A stretch of 64,000 nt of DNA from Candidatus Omnitrophota bacterium (GTDB lineage: Bacteria > Omnitrophota > Gorgyraeia > JACQQV01). The notes beneath the pieces were generated by a model. That model was given only the letters and a program-made list of their open reading frames with translations, was not told the origin of the DNA and did no database searches. Shown one piece after another: positions 1 through 11,982 of the stretch. Location: contig JACQQV010000008.1 of NCBI GenBank assembly GCA_016206785.1, positions 4,402 to 68,401 of the forward strand, in the 5' to 3' direction. How positions within the stretch are numbered: position 1 is the stretch's first letter; each line of letters begins with the position of its first letter. Position numbers and translations under genes: made by a program.

Positions 1-676
1 CCATGAGGACCGCCGCTGCAAGGTCCCAGGGGGCCAGCCTCATTTCCCAAAAGCCATCAAACCGGCCACACGCCACATAGCATAGATCGATGGCCGCAGA
101 TCCTGCGCGACGGATCGCCCGTGCCTTTTTGATAAAGGATGAAAAATAGTTGAGATTGTTCCGTCTGGCGACGCGCACATCGTAGGGAAAACCGGTTGCA
201 AGGAGGCTTTTGTCGAGCTGCCTTTCCGTAGAGACATGGATCTTTTTTCCATTCAAGGTGGCACCTTTTTTTCTTTCTGCGATAAAAAGTTCACGAAGCA
301 TAGGGGCGTAAACAATGCCGAAGGAAACCTCTCGGTCGACCTCGAGGCCGATCGAAACACAAAAGAATGGAAAACCATGGGCGAAGTTTGTGGTTCCGTC
401 GATCGGATCAATAATCCATTTATAAGGAGAAGAGGTTTTTGAAAGGGAACCTTCCTCTGCAAGAATTTGGTGGTCTGGAAACTTTTTTAAGAGATTTTTG
501 ACAATAAAGGCTTCACTCTTTTTGTCGATGTCGGTCACGAGGTTAATGGCATGACTTCCTTTATGGTGGACGCTCCGGATCCGTCCGTAGTTTCGGAGGA
601 GCATCTCTCCCGCCGCTACGGCAATTTTGAGTGCGGTCGATCTTATCTTGGGAAGAGGAAACTGACTCCTTTTCAT
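1..676 (-). CDS. suhB: Inositol monophosphatase family protein (SuhB-like). 5' end is at 676; the 3' end is truncated by the window edge.
   Basis: Hand translation of the minus strand from ATG at 676 gives MKRSQFPLPKIRSTALKIAVAAGEMLLRNYGR...WIIDPIDGTTNFAHGFPFF. WIIDPIDGT is the IMPase metal-binding motif. The frame is open to position 1. It is absent from the ORF track because there is no stop codon in the window. Confidence 0.8.
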   Translation of the reverse strand, partial: MKRSQFPLPKIRSTALKIAVAAGEMLLRNYGRIRSVHHKGSHAINLVTDIDKKSEAFIVKNLLKKFPDHQILAEEGSLSKTSSPYKWIIDPIDGTTNFAHGFPFFCVSIGLEVDREVSFGIVYAPMLRELFIAERKKGATLNGKKIHVSTERQLDKSLLATGFPYDVRVARRNNLNYFSSFIKKARAIRRAGSAAIDLCYVACGRFDGFWEMRLAPWDLAAAVLM

Positions 677-1674
677 TTCCGGGAAGGGGGAGGGGGTGGT
701 TTGAGGTGGGAGTCAAAAAACTGGAGTGTCTTCACGCGAATAAAAGGGATTGCCAACGCGGAACTGTAATGCCCGAGTGGAACATAATAGGTTTCGGGAT
801 ACCCGAGGGCCTTGGCGAGTTTTCGGGCATGTTTTCTTCCCACCACAAAGTCGAACCACGCGATGAAAAGATACACCTTGCGGCTGTCGATGAAATGCGC
901 AAACTCCATCGGTTCAGAGATAATCGCCTTCCGAAGCTCTTCATGAAGTTCCTCAAGGGTAAGACCTTTTCTTTTCATGAACTGTTGCCGATACCGTTGG
1001 ATCGCTCCTTCGTGGGAATAACAGATGACATCCGCAAGGTTCCCCCCCGCCAAAGCGATCAAATGACATTTGACGCGTGGTTCTATCCCACCAAGGATGG
1101 TGTTTAATATTCCCCCAAAACTAATCCCATAGGTCCCGATCCTCTCCGGATCGATCCTCTCCTGACGTTCAAGCCAGTCCAGCGCCAGGCGAACCCGGAT
1201 GACAGAGGACCGGAGGTATTCCTCCACCTTGCTCAATTCTTGATCGGGAACAAGCCTCAGTCTTTGCCGGTGGACGATTGCGCAGGCATAGCCCCGGTTC
1301 GCAAAGTAGTTGGCGAAAGAACGCTCAATGCCGTAATTTTTCCCAAGGACCGGCGTAATCACAATCAGGGGATGCCGCCTCTTTTCTTTGGGTTCGTAAT
1401 AATGAATTACCAGGGAAGAGCGATGGCCGGGGAGATCTTCAACCTGGCGGAAAATAACCCGCTTTTCTGTATAGCGTTTATGACTTCTCAACGTGTGGAT
1501 GAGCGGTGTTACGGTCAGGGGAGGATAGCGATAGTAATGGACGAGATGGGCTGGTCTTTCTGTTGGAGGGGGTGGCTGCTTGAGACGTGCGACATGTGCG
1601 CAACTCGACTCGAAGAAGAAAAGGAGGACAAGGAGTAAGATAAACTTTTTCTTAAACTTTGGAGACCGCGTCAC
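673..1674 (-). CDS. Secreted alpha/beta-hydrolase (esterase/lipase-like).
   Basis: 333-aa ORF. N-terminal signal-like segment KKKFILLLVLLFFF. GISFGG nucleophile elbow (GxSxG). Ends 4 nt into the suhB-like start. Confidence 0.6.
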   Translation of the reverse strand: MTRSPKFKKKFILLLVLLFFFESSCAHVARLKQPPPPTERPAHLVHYYRYPPLTVTPLIHTLRSHKRYTEKRVIFRQVEDLPGHRSSLVIHYYEPKEKRRHPLIVITPVLGKNYGIERSFANYFANRGYACAIVHRQRLRLVPDQELSKVEEYLRSSVIRVRLALDWLERQERIDPERIGTYGISFGGILNTILGGIEPRVKCHLIALAGGNLADVICYSHEGAIQRYRQQFMKRKGLTLEELHEELRKAIISEPMEFAHFIDSRKVYLFIAWFDFVVGRKHARKLAKALGYPETYYVPLGHYSSALAIPFIRVKTLQFFDSHLKPPPPPSRK

Positions 1675-1742
1675 GAAGATGCCCTTAAGGTTATCCCCGT
1701 ATTATAGCGCAAAAAATGTGCAACGCAATGAAATAGTTCCTG

Positions 1743-1771
1743 TTGAATGAACCCTTTCTCCATGTTATACT
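1743..1771 (+). promoter_or_regulatory. Sigma70-type promoter for tRNA-Pro. TTGAAT-N17-TATACT.
   Basis: TTGAAT at 1743-1748, 17-nt spacer, TATACT at 1766-1771. This lies about 22 nt upstream of the tRNA 5' end. Confidence 0.6.
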
Positions 1772-1793
1772 GATAAGATTTAAGCCGTAGCCT

Positions 1794-1871
1794 CGGGATG
1801 TGGCTCAGCTTGGCTAGAGCGCTTGGTTCGGGACCAAGAGGTCGGTGGTTCAAATCCACCCATCCCGACCA
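1794..1871 (+). tRNA. tRNA-Pro (anticodon CGG) with encoded CCA.
   Basis: Acceptor stem CGGGATG/CATCCCG. D-arm GCTC..GAGC. Anticodon stem CTTGG/CCAAG with loop TTCGGGA. T-arm GGTGG-TTCAAAT-CCACC. Discriminator A followed by CCA. Confidence 0.85.
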
Positions 1872-1948
1872 AATTTTCGTCTTTCGTCGTTCGTGAAGCG
1901 TCGTTCGCTACGAGATACGCTTCACGAGCTACGCTTCACGAGAGTAAG

Positions 1949-2248
1949 GTGAAAGGGGAGAAAGTTAAGACGCAGCATAAGCGAATTCGTGTCTTTTATA
2001 CCGGGCGTGTCCAGGGGGTCGGATTCCGTTTTACCACGGAACAGATTGCCCTTTCACTTGGCATTACCGGTTGGGTGAAGAATCTTCCGGATGGAAAAGT
2101 GGAAGTGGTGGCAGAGGGAGAAGAAGCAAGACTGGTCAGTTTCCTTGAGAAAATCAAGAATGGCCCTATGAAGCCTTACCTCCGCGGGGTGGAGGTAGAG
2201 TGGGGAGAGGTCAAAGGGGAGTTTAAGGAGTTCGGCATTCGATTCTAA
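1949..2248 (+). CDS. acyP: Acylphosphatase.
   Basis: VQGVGFRFTTEQIALSLGITGWVKNLPDGKVEVVAEGEE is the acylphosphatase signature. The track ORF start at 1823 overlaps the tRNA, so the start is placed at in-frame GTG 1949, which is preceded by AAGG. Confidence 0.7.
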   Translation: MKGEKVKTQHKRIRVFYTGRVQGVGFRFTTEQIALSLGITGWVKNLPDGKVEVVAEGEEARLVSFLEKIKNGPMKPYLRGVEVEWGEVKGEFKEFGIRF

Positions 2249-2308
2249 AATGAAAAACGTATTTTTGAGTTTTGCGTTTTAAATTTTTAGTTGGGAGGTT
2301 TACTCCAT

Positions 2309-5517
<3,209 letters not shown>

Positions 5518-5543
5518 GAGAACCATTGGATTCGAGAGAAGTC

Positions 5544-6416
5544 ATGAAACTTTTTCTGGACCACCTTTCCATCGAGAGGGGTCTTTCCCAGAACACGTTG
5601 TCCGCCTACCAGGGGGACCTCGAGAGGTATTTTCGGTATCTCGAAAAGAAGGGACTCCCTTTAGAGAAAGGGGGAAAAGAGGAGATCCGGTCGTTTATGA
5701 TCTCCGAAAAGGAGAAAGGTCTTTCAGCGAGGTCGATCGGGAGGCGACTGGTCACCCTTCGAACCTTTCATCGATTTCTGATGGGGGAAAAGATTCTCAA
5801 GGAAGATCCGACAGCGCTTCTGGAATCTCCGAAACTTTGGCGAAAACTCCCAGACGTCCTGACGGTGGAAGAAGTCAATCGGTTATTGACCGCTCCGACC
5901 GGACGCCATTGGATGGCTTTACGAGACCGCGCTTTTTTGGAAATTTTGTATGCAGCGGGGCTTCGGGTATCGGAGGCCGCTTCCCTGAAACTCGAAGACC
6001 TTCATTTAGATGTCGGATTTCTCCGTTGTTTGGGGAAGGGGGGGAAAGAGCGGATCGTTCCAGTCGGGCAGTCGGCGATTCAGAGCCTCCGGCATTATCT
6101 GAATCGCGGTCGTCCGAGAATCGCCCGAGTAAAGGACAAAAATTTTCTTTTCCTTTCTCGGTTGGGAAAACACCTCTCCCGTCAAAGTCTTTGGAAGATT
6201 ATCCAGAAAAATGCGAGAGAAGCGCGTCTTAAAAAACGGATTACACCGCACACCCTGCGACATTCCTTTGCGAGCCATCTGTTGGAGCGGGGAGCGGATC
6301 TGCGGGTTGTTCAGGAGATGTTAGGTCATTCCGACATTTCAACGACCCAGCTGTATACCCATGTGGATAAGGGACGGCTCAAGGCGATTCATGAGAAATA
6401 CCACCCGAGGCCCTGA
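5544..6416 (+). CDS. xerD: Tyrosine site-specific recombinase XerD/XerC family.
   Basis: MKLFLDHLSIERGLSQNTLSAYQGDL N-terminal SAM-like domain. C-terminal R..HxxR..Y catalytic residues (LRHSFASHLLERGADLRVVQEMLGHSDISTTQLYTHV). Confidence 0.85.
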   Translation: MKLFLDHLSIERGLSQNTLSAYQGDLERYFRYLEKKGLPLEKGGKEEIRSFMISEKEKGLSARSIGRRLVTLRTFHRFLMGEKILKEDPTALLESPKLWRKLPDVLTVEEVNRLLTAPTGRHWMALRDRAFLEILYAAGLRVSEAASLKLEDLHLDVGFLRCLGKGGKERIVPVGQSAIQSLRHYLNRGRPRIARVKDKNFLFLSRLGKHLSRQSLWKIIQKNAREARLKKRITPHTLRHSFASHLLERGADLRVVQEMLGHSDISTTQLYTHVDKGRLKAIHEKYHPRP

Positions 6417-6419
6417 ACG

Positions 6420-6701
6420 ATGATTGTGGGAATTCTTCAGATTGAACTCCGCCTCCATGAGAGCCATTCATTGAAAGAGAAGAGGATGGTTCTCAAGGGA
6501 CTCAAGGATCGTCTTCATGAACGGTTTAATGTTTCTGTTTCCGAGATCGACCACCAGGATGCGTGGCAACGGGCCTTGATTGGCATTGCGACCATCGGAA
6601 CCGACAAGGTGTATGTGAATGGTCTTTTGTCAAAAGTCCTTGATTGGGTCACTGCCCATCGCGCGGTCGAACTGGTTTCAAGCCAGATGGAGATGTTATA
6701 A
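6420..6701 (+). CDS. DUF503 family protein (YlxP-like).
   Basis: 93-aa ORF located immediately upstream of rbfA, as in nusA-infB-ylxP-rbfA operons. Confidence 0.55.
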   Translation: MIVGILQIELRLHESHSLKEKRMVLKGLKDRLHERFNVSVSEIDHQDAWQRALIGIATIGTDKVYVNGLLSKVLDWVTAHRAVELVSSQMEML

Positions 6702-7062
6702 GATGAGCAATCGTCCGAACAAAGTTGCCATGGCCATTAAGGAGGAGATTAGTCAAATCCTCCTCCGTGAACTGAAGGATCCTCGCATCGGTTTTATTAC
6801 GGTCACACACGTCGAACTTACCCCTGATCTTAAGATCGCCCATATTTTCTACAGCATCCTGGGAGACGCGAAGGTTGTGGAGAATTCCGAACGGGCCTTA
6901 GAGGTCGCCAAAGGATATATCCGGAAACTTCTGGGAGACCGGATGAAGCTCCGATTCGTCCCGGAACTTCATTTCCGGAGAGACGATTCGATCGAGCAGA
7001 GCTTCCGCATCACGGAAATTTTGAATAGACTCAAAGGAGAGAAAGAGGACCATGCAAAGTAA
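6702..7062 (+). CDS. rbfA: Ribosome-binding factor A.
   Basis: MSNRPNKVAMAIKEEISQILLRELKDPRIGFITVTHVELTPDLKIAHIFYS matches the RbfA KH-like domain. ATG at 6702. Confidence 0.85.
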
Positions 7063-8047
7063 GGCGAAAATTATCGAAACGATCCGGCGCCACAAACGGT
7101 TTCTGATCTCCTCCCATATAAACCCTGAAGGGGATTCCCTGGGAAGTGCGTTGGCATTAAGGGGACTTCTTGTGAAATTGGGAAAGAAGGTAGAGGTGGT
7201 GTGGGATGGCCCTGTTCCTCCCGCTTACCGTTTTCTCCCTGGTACCTCGGTCATCAAAAGAAAACCTTCTTTTTCCTACGACACGGCCTTCATTGTCGAT
7301 TGTCCGACGCTCTCCAGGATCGGCCGCACCCAGCAATTCATCGATAAGAGAAAGCCGCTCTGTGCCATTGACCACCATATTTCGAATGAGCGTTTTGGGA
7401 CAGTCAACTGGGTTGACCCTGAAGCGGCCGCCGTCGGTGAAATGGTCTACTTCCTTTTCAAAATGTTTAAGGTCAAACCGGATCGGAATGACGCAACCAA
7501 CCTCTATGCTTCCATCGTGGGGGATACCGGTTCCTTTCGCTATTCCAACACGACACCCAAAATTCATCGGGTGGCTGCGGAACTGATAGCACTTGGGGTG
7601 AGTCCCGCGGTGATCTCAAACGCCCTTTACGAATCGACCTCTCTTCACTCGCGACGTCTTTTGGCCCTTGCGTTGGGAACACTCAAAGTCGATCGGGGCG
7701 GGAAAATGGCCTGGATCAAGGTGACGCAAAAGATGTTTTCAAAATGTCAGGCCACTTCGCAAGATTCAGAAGGATTTGTTGATTACCCTCGCTCCCTCAA
7801 GGGGGTTCAGGCCGCGGTACTCCTGCGGGAGGAAGAAGGGGGAGGGGTCAAGGTCAGTTTCCGCTCCAAGAGCGGTTTCGATGTCAACCGCATCGCCCGC
7901 CGCTTTGGAGGAGGAGGCCATCGCGCGGCGAGCGGTTGCTTCATTCGTGAGACCCTTCCAAAGGCGGAAGCGATGGTCCTTCAAGAAATCAGGAAAGCGC
8001 TTCGTGAAAATGCTGAAAGATCCGTCCGGTATACTCCTCATCGATAA
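7052..8047 (+). CDS. nrnA: DHH/DHHA1 phosphoesterase NrnA (oligoribonuclease/pAp phosphatase).
   Basis: DHH motif region (AIDHHISNERFG). C-terminal GGGH (FGGGGHRAASG). Confidence 0.75.
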   Translation: MQSKAKIIETIRRHKRFLISSHINPEGDSLGSALALRGLLVKLGKKVEVVWDGPVPPAYRFLPGTSVIKRKPSFSYDTAFIVDCPTLSRIGRTQQFIDKRKPLCAIDHHISNERFGTVNWVDPEAAAVGEMVYFLFKMFKVKPDRNDATNLYASIVGDTGSFRYSNTTPKIHRVAAELIALGVSPAVISNALYESTSLHSRRLLALALGTLKVDRGGKMAWIKVTQKMFSKCQATSQDSEGFVDYPRSLKGVQAAVLLREEEGGGVKVSFRSKSGFDVNRIARRFGGGGHRAASGCFIRETLPKAEAMVLQEIRKALRENAERSVRYTPHR

Positions 8048-8726
8048 GCCTGAGGGGGTCACCTCTCATGACGTGGTCGCCTGCGTCCGGAAGAACGGGC
8101 ACTTTAGCAAGGTGGGGCATGCAGGGACGCTGGATCCTTTGGCCACAGGACTTCTTGTCCTTTTGGTGGGAGGCGCCACTCACTATTTCTCTTTTTTAAT
8201 GCAAGGCGAGAAATCTTACGAAGCGATAGTGACTCTCGGCGTTTCGACAGAGACAGGGGATCGGGAAGGGAGAATCACCCGCTCCGCTTCTTATGAGGGG
8301 GTCACCTTGGAGAAAGTTCAGAAGGCATTTGAAACGCTTCAAGGGCCCCAAGAACAGATCCCTCCCATGTATTCGGCGATCAAATATCAGGGGAAGAGAT
8401 TGTATCAAATGGTTCGTAGAGGTGTTTCGGTTGAGAGGCGACCGCGACCCATTTTTATTCGCACCCTTGAACTCCTGGCCTTTCATCCTCCCACCCTTTC
8501 TTTCTTCCTAGTCTGCTCAAAGGGAACCTATGTGCGCGCCCTTGTCGAAACGATGGGAGAGAAGTGGGGATGCCCGAGTCATCTCTCAGCGCTCCGTCGT
8601 GTTCAGTCAGGTTTTTTCTCAGTTGCGGAAGCGGTCCTCTTTGAAAAAGTGCGTCGTCTGGATCGAAGCGCCCTCCTCCCTTTTCTCCGTGAACTTCCAG
8701 CATCCGACAGATCCTCCTTCAGATGA
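8010..8726 (+). CDS. truB: tRNA pseudouridine(55) synthase TruB.
   Basis: ILLIDKPEGVTSHDVV and GHAGTLDPLATGLLVL motifs. Start placed at ATG 8010, overlapping the nrnA end. Confidence 0.85.
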   Translation: MLKDPSGILLIDKPEGVTSHDVVACVRKNGHFSKVGHAGTLDPLATGLLVLLVGGATHYFSFLMQGEKSYEAIVTLGVSTETGDREGRITRSASYEGVTLEKVQKAFETLQGPQEQIPPMYSAIKYQGKRLYQMVRRGVSVERRPRPIFIRTLELLAFHPPTLSFFLVCSKGTYVRALVETMGEKWGCPSHLSALRRVQSGFFSVAEAVLFEKVRRLDRSALLPFLRELPASDRSSFR

Positions 8727-9700
8727 ACGTTTTTTTTGGGCTTCGCCACATCCAACGTCCCTTTCGTCGTCCCATCGTGACCCTCGGTGCCTTTGACGGG
8801 ATTCACCTTGCCCACCGATTCATTTTGCACAGGATCATCCAAAAGGCGCGCCGGGTGAAAGGGACTTCCCTCCTTGTCACCTTTGATCCCCACCCCCTCA
8901 AGATCCTCAGGCCCGATCGCCCTTTTTCTTCCTTAACCTGCATTGAACATCGTCTTAAGATTCTCTCTGAGTTGGGGCTTGACACCTGTGTGGTGCTTCG
9001 GTTCACAAAACAGTTCTCTCGACTTTCGGCGAAGGCCTTCATCGAAGAAATCCTTGTGGGAAAATTAGGAATCTCGGAACTTTGGGTCGGATTTAATTAT
9101 GCCTTCGGAAGAGACAGGGAAGGGAATATCCAGCTTCTTAAGGAGTATGGCAAACGGTACGGGTTCAGGGTGAGACAAATCCCTGAAGTGAAAATGGGGA
9201 AGAAGCGCTTCTCAAGCACCAAAATAAGAACGCTTATTGCCAGGGGGGATCTTACAACGGCTTCCCATTTTTTGGGTCGTCCGTACTCTCTTTACGGGAA
9301 GGTTGTGAAGGGAAGCGGTCGAGGGAAATGGCTTGGCTACCCCACCGCAAACCTGAAACCCTATCATGAAGCGATTCCCCCGAAGGGGGTTTACGGGGTC
9401 AAGGTGTTCCTTCCTCACAAGAGAAAGGGCTATACCGGAATTCTAAATATTGGGCATAGGCCGACGTTTGAAAAGAGAAGTCCTCTTACTCTGGAGGTGC
9501 ACCTTCTTGATTTTCGAGGGGATCTTTACGGCAGGAAAATCGAGGTCGCCTTTCTAAAGAAGATCCGTTCAGAGAGACTGTTTTCTACGAAAGAAGCTCT
9601 CCTTCAAAGGATCCGGTGTGACGAGGATATTGCAAGAAAGATGGCTACCGTTCCAGTCCCGTCAGCAGTTCTTCCAGGTCGAAGGGGTCTGCCTTGGTAA
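8723..9700 (+). CDS. ribF: Bifunctional riboflavin kinase/FMN adenylyltransferase.
   Basis: N-terminal FAD synthetase domain (GAFDGIHLAHR). C-terminal riboflavin kinase domain (GYPTANL...PTFE). Confidence 0.85.
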   Translation: MNVFFGLRHIQRPFRRPIVTLGAFDGIHLAHRFILHRIIQKARRVKGTSLLVTFDPHPLKILRPDRPFSSLTCIEHRLKILSELGLDTCVVLRFTKQFSRLSAKAFIEEILVGKLGISELWVGFNYAFGRDREGNIQLLKEYGKRYGFRVRQIPEVKMGKKRFSSTKIRTLIARGDLTTASHFLGRPYSLYGKVVKGSGRGKWLGYPTANLKPYHEAIPPKGVYGVKVFLPHKRKGYTGILNIGHRPTFEKRSPLTLEVHLLDFRGDLYGRKIEVAFLKKIRSERLFSTKEALLQRIRCDEDIARKMATVPVPSAVLPGRRGLPW

Positions 9701-9974
9701 ATCGAACTCCTGCATCAAATCCCTTTCCCCGGGGGTGGTTTTCCTTAAGCCACACCAACTCTCCTGAGGCGGTGGTAGGACGTGCGCGATGGGGGAGGTA
9801 AATGCGCAGGGAGAGCCGGCATCCCAAATCAAGCCTTTCCTTGACCTGAAATTGGATCCCGCCCAATGAAATATTCTTTGCCGTCGCTTCGCCCTTAACC
9901 CACCCTTTTCCAGGGACGGTGTATTCTACCTCTACCGGAAGATCAAGCCGTTCGAAGCTTCGCCCTTCTGTCAT
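9645..9974 (-). CDS. PilZ domain protein (c-di-GMP receptor).
   Basis: RxxxR (RSFER) and DxSxGG-type (NISLGG) motifs at the PilZ spacing. 109 aa. Confidence 0.65.
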   Translation of the reverse strand: MTEGRSFERLDLPVEVEYTVPGKGWVKGEATAKNISLGGIQFQVKERLDLGCRLSLRIYLPHRARPTTASGELVWLKENHPRGKGFDAGVRFTKADPFDLEELLTGLER

Positions 9975-10105
9975 ACCTTCACTTTACTTTGGATTTTATC
10001 TTCCGTCAAGCGTTATTTTCGGAGATCCGTTACCCCTATAAACCCAATATGTTGTGTGTGACAGAATGTCAAACCACAAAAAACAAAAAAAATTTTTTTT
10101 TCCTC

Positions 10106-10134
10106 TTGACAAGGGTGATCCCCTATGGCATACT
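10106..10134 (+). promoter_or_regulatory. dcw cluster promoter (Pmra). TTGACA-N17-CATACT with TGn.
   Basis: TTGACA at 10106-10111, 17-nt spacer, TGgCATACT at 10126-10134. An A8/T9 tract (UP-element-like) lies immediately upstream. Confidence 0.65.
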
Positions 10135-10135
10135 C

Positions 10136-10183
10136 AGTGGCGTTAAGTGGATAAAAGTGGAGGAAAGTGGTAAATTACAGTGG
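10136..10183 (+). promoter_or_regulatory. MraZ-type operator. Five direct AAGTGG repeats, four of them at exact 10-bp spacing.
   Basis: AGTGG at 10136, 10146, 10156, 10166 and 10179. They sit between the promoter and the mraZ start codon. Confidence 0.6.
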
Positions 10184-10212
10184 AGCATTCGTGCTTCTGA
10201 GTTGAGGGCCTA

Positions 10213-10659
10213 ATGTTCTATGGAGAATACGAACACACACTGGACCGAAAAGGTCGACTTATTGTCCCCTCGAAATTCCGTGAGGTGGCCCAGGCCCACT
10301 ACGTGGAAAAGTTTTTTGTCACAAGGGGGCTTGATAAATGCCTCTTCTTTTTCACGGAGGAGGAGTGGAAACTCCAGGAAGCAAAGTTTAAGTCTTTATC
10401 TTTCACGAAACCTGAAGCCCGTAAGTTCAACAGACTCTATTTTTCTGGAGCCTGTGAACTCACCGTGGACAAGCAGGGAAGAGTCTTAATTCCGAAGTAT
10501 CTGAAAGACTTTGCCGGGATTAAGCAGAATGTGGTCGTGATCGGGGTTTCAAACCGCATCGAGATCTGGGCGAAGGAAAAATGGAAGGAGTTCTACGAAG
10601 GGAACAAAGACTCCTTCGAAGACGTTGCAGATAAATTGGTAGATCCTTCCTCTGAATGA
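10213..10659 (+). CDS. mraZ: Transcriptional regulator MraZ.
   Basis: MFYGEYEHTLDRKGRLIVPSKFR. Two DUF199/MraZ repeats (..DKQGRVLIP..). Confidence 0.9.
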   Translation: MFYGEYEHTLDRKGRLIVPSKFREVAQAHYVEKFFVTRGLDKCLFFFTEEEWKLQEAKFKSLSFTKPEARKFNRLYFSGACELTVDKQGRVLIPKYLKDFAGIKQNVVVIGVSNRIEIWAKEKWKEFYEGNKDSFEDVADKLVDPSSE

Positions 10660-10660
10660 G

Positions 10661-11596
10661 GTGGAAGGGATTTTCAAGGGAACGGTAGGGGACTCGGAAC
10701 CCGAGACACTCCATCACGAAAGTGTACTCGCGAAAGAGGCGCTGGCGATTCTTTCTCCGGGTCCAGGAAAGACCATCGTGGACGCCACGGTCGGTCTAGG
10801 GGGTCATAGTCGATTGATTCTTGAAACCATTCAACCTACAGGGAGACTGATCGGCATCGACCGGGATGATCGGTCCCTGGCAGAGGCCGAAAAAAGACTT
10901 CATTCCTTTAAAGACTCCCTGGTTCTTATTCACGACAATTTCGCAAACTTAGGCAATATCCTCGAAAGCCTCAAGGTTCAGAAACTCGATGGCATCCTTT
11001 TTGACCTGGGGCTTTCTTCATTTCAGCTTTCGGAGGCGGACCGGGGGTTCAGTTTCTTAAGGGAAGGGCCTCTCGATATGCGAATGGACCTCCGCGGGAG
11101 AAGGACCGCCGCCGACTTGGTCAATCACAAAAGCGAGAAAGAACTTGATCGCATTCTTTGGGAATTTGGTGAAGAACGTTGGCATCGGAGGATCGCTCAG
11201 CGGATCGCGAAGGCGAGAAAAAGGGCACCCATAACCACTACTACCCAATTGGCCGAACTCGTTACGCGAGCGATCCCCCGTGCCACATTTACGCGAATTC
11301 ATCCCGCCACCCGAACCTTTATGGCCTTACGGATCGCAGTGAATCAGGAACTTGAGGCGCTGGACCAGGCGATCCGTCAGGCCCTTGATTTTTTAAATCC
11401 CGGTGCTCGAATCGTCGTGATTTCCTTTCATTCCCTCGAGGACCGGATCGTGAAGAACTGTTTCCGCGAGGCTGCAAGGGAAAGGCGGCTGGTCCTTGTG
11501 ACCAAAAAGCCGATCACCCCTTCCCTTGAGGAGATGCGGAAAAATCCCAGGTCTCGTGGTGCGAAACTCCGCAGTGCGGAAAAACCCTCCCCATGA
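10661..11596 (+). CDS. rsmH: 16S rRNA (cytosine1402-N4)-methyltransferase RsmH (MraW).
   Basis: HESVLAKEA..GGHS...GIDRD SAM-MTase motifs. Position in dcw cluster. Confidence 0.85.
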   Translation: MEGIFKGTVGDSEPETLHHESVLAKEALAILSPGPGKTIVDATVGLGGHSRLILETIQPTGRLIGIDRDDRSLAEAEKRLHSFKDSLVLIHDNFANLGNILESLKVQKLDGILFDLGLSSFQLSEADRGFSFLREGPLDMRMDLRGRRTAADLVNHKSEKELDRILWEFGEERWHRRIAQRIAKARKRAPITTTTQLAELVTRAIPRATFTRIHPATRTFMALRIAVNQELEALDQAIRQALDFLNPGARIVVISFHSLEDRIVKNCFREAARERRLVLVTKKPITPSLEEMRKNPRSRGAKLRSAEKPSP

Positions 11597-11946
11597 CGCT
11601 TCCGCGCATCCTTTTTCTCATCGCTGTTGTCACCTTCTCTGTTTGTCTTTATGTCCACGAGCAGGTCTCTAAGGTGATCCTTCTCTACGAGATACAACAT
11701 TACCAGAAGGAAAGGGTTGTACTGGATGACACCCACGATGTCTTGAGGTATCAAGTGAGCGCCCTCCAGTCTCCCAGATCCCTGGAGAGCCTTCTTGCCA
11801 AAAGAAACGTTCTTCTGGACCTGCCTGCAGACCATAAGGTTGTTCGTGTAGCCATGCGAGAGAGAAAGGAACCGCTCCCCACCAAGCAGAAGAACTTTCT
11901 GGAAATCTTCAGCACTACGAAAGTCGCAGAAGCGGGTTCGCGTTAA
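11593..11946 (+). CDS. ftsL: Cell division protein FtsL-like.
   Basis: Small bitopic protein (TM LFLIAVVTFSVCLYV followed by a coiled region) between rsmH and ftsI. Confidence 0.55.
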   Translation: MTLPRILFLIAVVTFSVCLYVHEQVSKVILLYEIQHYQKERVVLDDTHDVLRYQVSALQSPRSLESLLAKRNVLLDLPADHKVVRVAMRERKEPLPTKQKNFLEIFSTTKVAEAGSR

Positions 11947-11982
11947 CTCTCTTCTCTCCAAAACCTATTTTGAGGATGGGGC

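Noticed and set aside
1823-1948. N-terminal 42 codons of track ORF 1823..2248 (MVRDQEVGGSNPPIPT...).
   Set aside because: This part lies on top of the tRNA-Pro gene, and its translation reads through the tRNA sequence. Only the C-terminal acylphosphatase domain is credible. The start was moved to GTG 1949.
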